From a virus (lineage: Duplodnaviria; Caudoviricetes): DNA of 46,979 bases. The position numbers and the translations under genes were made by a program. The notes beneath the pieces were generated by a model. That model had not been told where the DNA came from, did not search any database, and saw only the letters and a program-made list of their open reading frames with translations. The stretch spans positions 1-46,979 of IMG/VR virus record IMGVR_UViG_3300011338_000704. The stretch is one strand, 5' to 3'. Of the stretch, positions 1 to 9,900 are shown piece by piece (position 1 is the stretch's first letter; the number at the start of each line of letters is the position of its first letter).

Positions 1-127
1 ATTCAGCCAGTCGAACATATGCGCCCAGGCCTGGCGGTTGTCGGTCGGAGTGTTCTGCACCACGTCGGCCGCGCGGCGAAGGCCGGTCCAGTCGGTGTAC
101 TCCTCGCAGATCACCTCGGCGTCGCCG
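1..127. repeat. 127-bp exact terminal overlap (copy 1), marks a circular assembly
   Basis: Bases 1-127 are identical to 46853-46979; the overlap lies inside a continuous ORF. Confidence 0.97.
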
Positions 128-870
128 ACTGCGCCGAACATTTCGGGGCTGACGATCTGGTGCTTGCTGATGCGCCACTTGCGGGTGCCGCCGTTGGTCG
201 TCCGGTCGGTCGGCAGGGTCACGGCGTGGCCGGTCACGTCCTCCCACAGGGCAGCGCCGCCGTCGCCGTTGGCGGCGTGGCCGGTCGTCCAGACGCGGTT
301 AATGCCGGTGCCGATGGTGAGGCTGTTAATCATAAGGGTGGCCGGGCCGAGCTGGGAGGCGTCACCACCAGGCGGGCCAGCCGGTCCCTCGACGCCGCCC
401 AGCGCCTCGTTGGCCAGCGCCAGCGCCTCGGCGGCGACTGCGGCAGCGTCGGCTGCGGCTTCCTCGGCGGCGGCGATCAGCGCGTTCTGGGCGTCGATGC
501 TGGCCGCGTTGTCGACCGTGCGGGCGTAGATGAACTGGTCCCGAACGGTGAGCTTGTCGAAGCCGAGCTGGATGGCGTCGAGGTTGAGGCCCAGAAGGTT
601 GCTGGTCACCGCATCCTGGCTGAAGGTCGGGTCGCTCTCGGCGTACAGGGTGCCGAGGGCGGCGGCCGGGGCGCTGTCGAAGTTGACCGTGCCCACCCCC
701 GGCAGGCCGGTGATCGAGTAGCCCGTCGACACCGTGGTCTCGACGCCAGACAGGACCGTGTAGACCCTGATCTCGTCGGCCGTCATGGCGTGGAAGGTCA
801 GGGGAAAGCTGGTCGTCGCGCCATTCAGCGTGAAGGGGCCGGTGCGGGTGGTGGTTTGGACGACAGACAT
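1..870 (-). CDS. Tail fibre/tailspike, 5' part (continues across the junction into 46852..44228; ~1164 aa total)
   Basis: ATG at 870 with GGAG upstream; reads MSVVQTTTRTGPFTLNGATTSFPLTF..., resembling a T7 gp17-type N-terminal anchor; 252 codons in frame with the 912-aa ORF 44228..46966. Confidence 0.88.
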   Translation of the reverse strand, partial: MSVVQTTTRTGPFTLNGATTSFPLTFHAMTADEIRVYTVLSGVETTVSTGYSITGLPGVGTVNFDSAPAAALGTLYAESDPTFSQDAVTSNLLGLNLDAIQLGFDKLTVRDQFIYARTVDNAASIDAQNALIAAAEEAAADAAAVAAEALALANEALGGVEGPAGPPGGDASQLGPATLMINSLTIGTGINRVWTTGHAANGDGGAALWEDVTGHAVTLPTDRTTNGGTRKWRISKHQIVSPEMFGAVGDAEVICEEYTDWTGLRRAADVVQNTPTDNRQAWAHMFDWLN

Positions 871-926
871 GGCGGGCTCCAGAAGGCCGCCCATGTATGA
901 CGGCAAGGGGGTTGCTTCGCTAGACC

Positions 927-3900
927 CTACTGCCGCGAGGCCTCGCTGGGGGCTCCGGTAACAGCGCCGCGCACGGCGTCGAGCGGATCGGTCGGGACCA
1001 CGTCGCCCTCCATCACGTCGATGCCGTAGCCCAGCGGGCGGTTGAGCGCGCCGACGGGGATGCCGATGGCCAGGCCCATCAGGGTCAAGGTGTCCTTCGC
1101 GGTGCGGCTCCAGTCACCCTCGCCAGCCATGAGCTGGGCGATGTTCTTCGGCGTGCGGATCGCGCTGTCGACGGCGCTGACGCCCGGCGACAGCGACAGC
1201 TTGTCGTCGAACGGCTTGTCGTTGAAGGCGTTGGCGCTGGCGTTGATCGCCGGGCCGACCACGGGGACCATCGCCGTCGCGCCCCGGAACTGTGAGCCCA
1301 CGAACCAGTCCAGCCATTCGTCCAGCCACCCGTCGTCCTCGTCGTCGGCGATCTCGCCGCGCAGGGCGATCTTGATGGCCTCGGCCATGAGCGCGGGAAC
1401 GGCGAAGCCCATCATGTAGACCCAGGCCAGCCGGGCGTAGTTGCGGTCGCGCAGGGCCTGGCCGCCCTCCGTCAGCAGCAGGTTTGACTGCATGTTGAAG
1501 TAGCTGGCGAACTGCGTGAACAGCCGGGCGATGGCCGGGCCGCTTTCCCACCGGCTCATGTCCTCCGGGTTGAGGGAGCCCTGCGTCTGGCGGATCACGG
1601 CGTCGGCGCGCTTGCTGGCCTCAACGTCGGTCGCGCCGCGCTCCAGCGCCTCACCGTGGGCCCCAACCCAGACAGCCGTGTCGACCACGTTCTGGAGGGC
1701 GTGCTGGAGGAAATAGGCGTGCTTGCCGACGAACTGGCGCGTGGCGGTGTAGAGGTTCGGCCGCAGGAGGATGGCCTCGATCCCATAGGCCGCCTCCATC
1801 GTCTGGGCCGACATGCGCTCCTTCATCATCGGCGAGGCCTCCGCGATGGCGGCGGCGGTCTCGGCGGGCGACGTCATCATGGTCACCAGGCCCTTCGCCA
1901 GCGACGTCGGCTTAACGAGCGTCGCCGCCACGGTGAAGCCGGTGAGCTGCTGGAGCGCGTTGACCACGTTGCCGAGCATGGTCTGCTGGCCGGTGCGCGA
2001 GCGGATCGAGGCGAAGAACCTGTCGCCCAGCTTGCCGCCCAGCCCGCGCGTCGGCGTCTGCACGATCTGGCGCGAGGTTCGCTCCAACCACGGGATCAGC
2101 ATGTCGGTCATGGCGGCCGGGTCATGCTGGCCGAGCGGCTCGCGGACGTCGCTGTGCATGAGCAGGCGGCTGGCGTCCTTCACCGGGGCGGCCAGGTGCG
2201 TGAACATGGCGACCTTGTCGAGGTGCTGGGCCAACAGGCGAAGGTCGAGGGCCAGGGGCTTGGTGTAGTTCTCGACGCGGCCCTTCGTGAAGCCGCGCGG
2301 GGTGGTCGGGAACATGGACGCCCCGCCGCCATCCACGGCGCTCTCGATCTCGGCGCGCAGGCCAGCGTCGACGACCTTGGTGGGATCGGCGAGGGCGGGC
2401 ACATAGCCGCCACGGTAGGGGCCGAACGGGGTCTGGACCTCGTTGGCCGTCACCTCGTCGAAGTAGCGGCCGACGATCTTGCGGTGCGCCCGCTGGGCTC
2501 CCGGCTTGGTGCTGTCCAGCAAGTCCCAGACGGCCTGCGCGAAGTCGAAGTCGGCCTTGGTCAGGATGCCCTCGTCGGCCATCCGGCGGATCATGTTGTC
2601 CCACGGGCCGGTCTGCATCTCGCCGTTCTCGTCGAGCTGGACCCAGCCGCCTTTGCCCGACCCGCCGAGCAGCAGCTTCCGCTTGTTGCTCTCGTTGCCG
2701 GTGTGGAGGATGGCGTGCAGCAGCTCGCTCTTGTCGGCGAAGACGTGGCCCAGCTCGGGCGCGCTGATCTTTTTCCAGGTCAGCGTCGGCCGGATCATTT
2801 CGAGCAGGGCGGCGTAGCGGGTCCGAAGGTCGCCAGACAGGGCGCGGTAGTCGTCGGCGGCGGCGCTGATCGGACGCCACAGCAGGCGCGTGAACGGGCC
2901 GACCGTGCCGCCGTCCATGCGGCGGGCCCAGCTTTCGACCCGGCGGATCGAGTTGCGGATGCCTGCTGCGCCACGCAACAGTTTCTCGCCGTCGCTGGTG
3001 CTGGTGGTGGGCTCGAAGCCGCCGGGCATTTTCGACACGGCGAAGATTTGCTCGCCCAGCTCCAGCGCCGCCGCGTCCAGCTCCATGACGCGACCCTCGA
3101 TCTCGATGGTCTTCAGCTTGCGCGACAGGGCGTAGAGAGACTTGACCGTCTCGGCCAGGCCCCGGAACTCGTTGAGGGTCAGGCTCTCCAGCGTGCGGGG
3201 CTGGGTGGGCAGCAGCGCCAGCACCTCGGGCTCCAGCATGGCGGCGGTCTCGGGGTCGTATTCGCGGATCATCGCCATGTAGGCCAGCGGGTTCTGGCTG
3301 GCCTTGCCGACCCCGTAGGCCGCCAGGATCGCGCGGGCGGCCATGACGTAGTCCATGTTGCGTGCAGCGGCCACTCGGTCGGCCTTGCCGCCGACGACAC
3401 GGCCGAACAGGTTTTGGCCCTTCTCGACCTCCTTGGCAGCGGCGCGGGATACGGTCCAGGCGTGGAAGGCCACAAGCTGGCGGAACTTGGCTTGCGCCGC
3501 AGCGGTCAGGTCTTTGGCGCGGAAGGCCCTCTGCGCCTCGTTGGCGGCCCTGCGCTCATTGGCGAGGTGGCGGTCATAACCCGCCAGGTCTTTGATGGTC
3601 CGGTCCTCGGCCTGACGCTCGGCGGCGGCGCGCAGGCCCTTGAAGGCCGGGCGGCCCTGAAGGTGCTCCAGCTCCAGCTCGATCAGCCGCTGCTGGCTGA
3701 CGTTGTGGACGGCGTCGGTGGCGACGTCGGGCAGGGTGCCGTCGGTCATGGGGTCGCCGTACCGCTCCAGCATCCGGCGATCAGTCTCCTGCTCGACGGC
3801 GTCGGAGCGGCGCGGCTTGCCCTTCCAGTCGTCGAACAGGGCCTGACCGCTCTCGAAGCCGAACAGCTCGGCGGCGAAGTCGGGATGGACCCCCTCGGCG

Positions 3901-6900
3901 GCGTAGACCTTGCCGAAGCTGGGCGGGAACGCCTTGAGCTGGTCGGCCCCGTACTCGCTGACGATGATGGGCCGCGACAGCTTGAAGGGCTCAAGGTCGG
4001 TCGGCTGTTCCGCGCCGATCCACTTGCCCCGCGACAGCCAGTCCAGCGCCTGGTAGCCGGGGTCTTCGGCCAGCTCGGCCGCCACCTCGGCGCGGACGCG
4101 CTCGCGCTCGCCCCGATACCACGCCTTCTGCTCGCGGCTGACGGCGGCCATGATCTCGCGGGCCGCCTCGTCGTCGGCGTCGGCCTTCGCCCGGCGGGCT
4201 ACGGTCTGGTAGGCCTCGGCCAGAACCGGGTCCATGCCTGCGCTGGCCGGGTCGGCGAACAGGGGCTCTAGCCCCTGCATGGCGCGGGCCTCCTCCACCT
4301 CCGACTGGCTGGCCAGCAGCCGGTCGAAGACGCTGCGGACCTCGTCGGTCACGTCGAGGCGGCGGCCACCCATCTTCGCGTAGGCGGCGACCATCCACAC
4401 GCGGATGCGGGAGAACTGGCCGCGCAGGCGGGGGGCTGGGGCCACGCCCTCGTAGAGGTATTGCTCGTAGGCCTCGGCGTACATTTCGTGCTCGCGGCGG
4501 CCAATGTCGTCGACCGTCGGGACGTTGAACCAGCCCAACAGGTCGTTGACCATGTCGACCATCAGCGGCGTGGCGGTGCCGTCGCGGACGGTCGAGATCA
4601 TCGCTTCGAGGAAGAAGTGCGCGCCCTCATGCAGGGCTGTGGTCAGGTTGCGGTCGACGAACAGGTTGACCGTCGAGCTGACGCCCTTGCCGAAGTTGGC
4701 GCGGTCCATCTGGATCGAGCCGCGACGGATGCCGGGGCCGCCGCCGTCTTCGCGCTGGGCCAGGGTGGACGGGTTGGCCGCCTCTACGCGCTTGCGCGCG
4801 GCGTCCTGCGCCCGCTGCGTGCGGAGCTGCTCGAGCCGCTGGGCGGCGCGCTCGAGGTGTCGCCGGAAAGTAGCTTCATCAATGCCCGATCCTTCGGGGC
4901 TCGTCGCGTCTCCGACACCTCCTGTTGAGCGAGGAGCGCGTCCACGGCTTCCGAGATTTTCGAGTTTGTCGCCATAGCCACCCTCCCGCAGGATTTTGCT
5001 GTAGATGCCGTTCAGGAACAGTAGCGCGAAGTCGGGCGTGTCCCCAATGTCTTCGTGCGTCAGCCCGCCAGCGGCGAGGATATCCTTGGTCGTGGCGGTG
5101 CCGCCAGCCTTGTCGCGGTTGACGTACAGGGTCCGCGCCCACGACCACACCGTCTCCTGAACCTCGGCGGGGGTCCAGGCCTCACCCAGGCGCTTCGAGA
5201 CGATCTCGGCCGCCTTGCGGACCAGCGCGTTCATGGCGATGTAGCCAGCGCCCTTGCCGGGGGTCTGGCCGGTCTTGCTGAACATCGCCTGATCGACCAG
5301 CGCGTAGTTGGCCATCCAGGCGTCGTTCGTCACCTCATCTACCACGCCGACCAGGTTCAGCATGAAGCTGTTGACCTTGGGACCGGAGAGCTGAATGTCG
5401 GCCGGGGCCTCCGTCGTCAGCGCGGTGACGGAGTTGTTGATCCACGAAGGCAGGACGCTCTCGACCGTGCCGGTGCCTTGGACGTTCTTGCCCATCAGGT
5501 CGACGATCTGATCCCGGTCGGTGGGGCGACCAGCCTTGTCCCACGCGGTCCACACACGCAGGGCGTTGGCCAGGTTGTCCTCGACCGACGTCTGGGGGGA
5601 CAGCGCCGCCAGCAGCGCAGCGAAGCGCGGCGCGTCCTCCAGACCGAACACCTCCAGCAGGGCGTTGGCGCTGTCCTCGTACCAGCCGCGCTTCGCCCGG
5701 CCGGAGAAGGCAACACTCGCCATCTCCTCGGCTGCAGGCAGGTCGCTGATGATCTTCATCATCTTCGCGGCGGTGTCTTTGCGGAGCTTCGCCTTCTCGT
5801 CGGGCTTCAGGTAGCGCAGCACCCGCTTTAGGCCGGGGACGGTCTTGGCCAGCTCTTGGGCCTTGGCGTTCACCTGGTCGTTCGTGGGCTCGGTGCCGCC
5901 CTCCCGCTGGAACAGCGTGAAGCCGCCACGGGCGGCGTCGGCGAGGGCGGGGGTGATGGTGAAGCCGGGCTGGGCGGAAACCTCCTGAAGCGCCTCGTCT
6001 GCGGCTTGCAGTTGATCCAGCCGGGCCGCGTTGGTCTCGCCAGCTTGCAGCGCCTCGCGGAAGGCGGCGCGGGCCGCCGTGCTTTCCGGGGGTCGGGGCC
6101 CGTTAGGAACCTTGACCAACACGTCCGCAACCCTCACCCCGTACTTCTTCGTCAGGTCATTGACGATGTTGACCAGGTTCCGCCCGTAGAAGGCATTGAG
6201 CCCGGCCCGCTGCTCGGGGCTGTTGGCGAACACGATGGGGCCGATCTGGTCGCCGGTCGTCCATGCGATCCGGTCAAGGTTCTGGTCGACGGCGTAGCGG
6301 ATCAGGCGCTTCATCACCAGCGCGGGCCAGCCGGTGCGGAAGGGGGCGTCGGGGATGCCACGCGCCAAGCGATCAAGCTGCTGGTCGACCTCGGACACGC
6401 GCAGGTTCGCTTGGGCGAGCGCCGCCTCAACGGCGGGGTTGCCCTCGGGCCGCCTCAACACGCGCCGGGCAACGTCCAACTGGTTGCGATAGGTGAGCTG
6501 GGCGAAGGAGCCAGAGCCCCCCAGAATGTAGGTCGCCTCCTTCTGGATTTCCGCCGAGAAGTCCCGCTGGGAAACTTCCATGACAGCGCGCTCGGCTTCG
6601 ATCTGAAGGCCACGCGCCACCCGGTAGTTTTCCTCGGCTTCCGCGCGAGCCTCTTGGCTGGCCTCGCTCCGATACCCCTGCTCCCGCCCCTTCTGGTGCC
6701 AGTCGCTCTGCACCTCCTCGACGAACAACACCCGGTTGCCCTCGGCGTCGGTGCGGATCGTGGTGCGAGCGTGGGCAGCGACATTGGATTGATCCCAATG
6801 CGTGGCCGGGCCGTCGATGTTGGGCAGGCGGAACAGCAGCTCGCGGTAGGTGTCGTCAGCGCCGGGGAGCTTGTAGCGGGAGAACTGCGTGGCGCGTTGG

Positions 6901-9900
6901 GCGGCCTCCTCGGCGGCCAGCTCGGCCTCCTCCCGACTGTCATAGTCGGTGTCGTCGTAACGCTCCTCGCTGAAGGTCCGCAGGCTGTAGGTACCGTCGC
7001 CGTTGTCATAGACCTGGTCCGCGCCGTTGGTCGCGCCGCCGCCCAGCTCCAGCACCTCGACCGCCACGCCGTTGCTGTTCACGAACGCCAGCAGCGCCTC
7101 GCGCTCGACCGGCCCCTCGATCCCCGCCAGCCAGTCGAGCACCCCGCTCCACTCCAGCTCCTCCTTCTTGACGCCCGGCGTCTTCTGGAGCGTGGCGATC
7201 CACTGGGCGGCCGGGGCCTTCTTGGTCTGGGCCTGCTCGATGGCGCGGCCGAGCCCGCTGTAGAAGACGTCCTCCTGGTAGAAGGTGGTCTCGCCGTTGC
7301 CCTGGTAGTCGGCGGCCAGCCGCTCGAAGACCACGGCCACCATCTTCAGGTTGGCGTGGCGGCTCCAGTAGCCAGCGTACCCGGCGTCGGCGATCACGCG
7401 CTCATAGGCCGAGCCCCGCTCGGCGCGGGACCACTCGCCGCTCTCGACCAGCTCGACGACCTTGGCCTTCAGGCCATCGGGGTCGGCGTCGAAGTCATAC
7501 AGGCGGTCGGCCTCGATGCGGGCGGTGTAGCGGTGAGGGCCAAGGCCGTCCTCGCGCTCGTAGCCCCACGGCTGGCCGACGTCGACGCCGTAGTAGGTGC
7601 GGCGGGGCACGTCGTCGTTCTCGACGGCGTTGCGCTCCTCGCGGGTCAGGATCGTGGCGTTGTCGCCCCAGCGCCGGGGGTCCAGCGCCTTGAGGTTCTT
7701 GCGGCGGCCCCAGTGGGTGAGGGTTACCCGTCCGTCCGGTCCCGCGAGGGGCTCAATTCGCGTTGCATCAGGTGCAAGGCCTTGGCCTTCTCGAAGGCGA
7801 TTATACTCTCCGAGGAGCGCGGCCTCTTGCTCGCGGTAACGGCCTTCGCGGTCGGATCGCTCTTGGAGTTGGAAGACTTCACGAAGCACCCATTGCGGCG
7901 CGAGGAACGCCTTTTGATCGGAGAAGCGCCGGTCGGCCAGGCCAACATAGTCGCTGTCGCCCCGTTTCGGAAGGGTGCCGTCGGGACGGCGCAGGTGCTG
8001 GCCGTAGTTGACCCAGGCGTTTTGCATCAGGGTCTCGGCCGCCACGGCCGGGAGGGCCGCGTCAGAGAACATGCTCGCGTGCTCAAGGAAGGCGTTAAGC
8101 TCGCCCTTGGGGCCGAAGCCCGCGCCGCCCGTGGTGTGGGCGAAGACGTCATGCACGATGCGGAACAGGTCGTTGACCAGCAGGGGCGTCCCGTTGCTGT
8201 CGGTCAGCTCGGTCTCCCGCAGGAACGGGTGGTTCATGTCCTCCGGGTTTCCCGCGCCGAAGCTCTCGCGCTCGGTCGGCAGGAAGTAGAAATGGCCCCG
8301 CAGCAGGACGTCCTCGATCATCGCCGTGCTGTTCGGATAGGGCTCGCCCGTGCCGTTCCAGCGTTCCAGCACCAGGTGGCCGACGATGAAGTGGGCCTGC
8401 TCCTCGACCTCGCTGGCGGCGGCCTCATAGGAGGCGATCACCGCCGGGTCGGTGGGCTTGCTGATCTGCGCGTCGAACTCGTCGGCGAAGCGCATCATCA
8501 TGCCCTCGTCGGGCTCGACGGGGGCGAGGGGGGCTTCGCGCGTGCGTCCGAACTTGGCGCGGTAGGCATTGGCGAGGACGCGGGTGGTGGGGTTGGGGAG
8601 AGCGTCCAGGTAGCGGCCAGACAGGTCGGTCGGAGCCTTGACCACATGCCCCCGGCCACGCCTCACGTCGCGGGTCAGGTCGGGGAAGATGGCGCGGCGC
8701 GTTTCGCCGTCCATGTCCAATCGAGCTTCGGCGGTGTTGCGTGCCTCAATCTCCCCCTCGGAGCGGAAGTAGGTGTCGTAGACCGCCTCGCCCATCCCCT
8801 CGATCCGCTTGCGAGCTGCGGCCTGCTGGGCGGGCGGATAGGTCGCCACCATGTCGTTGATCGTGGCGTCGAGCGCCTCGGCGTAGCCCTGGCGGCGCAA
8901 CTCGGTCTCGTTGGGACCGGCCCCGCCAGCAAAACCCTCCAAGGCTTGGATGACGTGCTGCACCTCATGCAGGATCGTGGCGATGGGACCGTCGACCGTC
9001 TGCCGCTGGGACACGGCGATCTCGCCGGTCGAGGGATCGAACGCCCCAAGCGAGCCCTTGGGCATGGCCTCGGCCAGGATCGGAATGTTGCGGAGCTTGG
9101 GGTAGGCCGCGAACAGGGCTTCGTGCTCCATCACGTCGCCAAGGGTCAGGGGCGGCTCTTTGGCCAGGGCGATGCGCTCGTCGCTCGTCCGCAGGCGCGG
9201 GTTGGCGACGAGCTGCTGGCGCATGTCATCGCGGATGAAGCGATCCAGCGCGTCGGGCTTCATCACCGCCTGGCTGTCGTCGATCTCGAAGCGCCATTGC
9301 TGATCGGGGCCGCGTATCCAGCCGGTGTCCTTCCAGATTTGCTCGGGGCTGGCGTCCCGCTTCTCCAGGAGCTGGGCCACGCGCAGCTTGCCCATGTCGG
9401 CGGTCAGCGCCTTGCGGCCAGCGAACTGGTCGAAGGTCTCGCCGCCCGGTCCCATCTCGGGGGCCTGCGGGCCGTCGGGGATCGGGGTGTCGGCCGCGCC
9501 GGGACCGGCCACCATCTGCTCGCCGCCAGCAGCGGGCGCGTCCACGCCCTCGAAGGTGGCGAACAGGTTGGCCTTCACCTCGGCCACGGTGCGAGGGCGG
9601 CGGTCCTTGCCCTTGCCCTCGTAGAAGATGGTCGTGTTGGCGGCGGCGGCGGCCTTCAGCCCCTTCAGGTCGCGGGCGATGGCGTTGTCGTCGGCCTTCA
9701 GCAGGGTCTGCGCGCCGCCGTTGCCGAGGAAGTGGGCGGTGTAAAGCTCACCGGCCGACGGGTCACGGCCGAGCACGCCGCGCAGGAACTTGGCGTTGTC
9801 GGCGGTGAAGGCGCGGAAGGCGGCGGTGCTGTCGGCGGCGTTCGTGCGGCGGGCCAGCAGGGCGCGCTGGGCCTCGTTCACGATCAGCGGCCGACCGTCC

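Noticed and set aside
8500-9049. Further +1-frame nested ORFs in the giant gene (8675..9049, ~8500-8648, 5870..6130, 6455..7009, 3269..3475)
   Set aside because: P/R/S/T-rich shadow composition, no well-spaced SD and only a mild codon-bias change; not supportable by eye.
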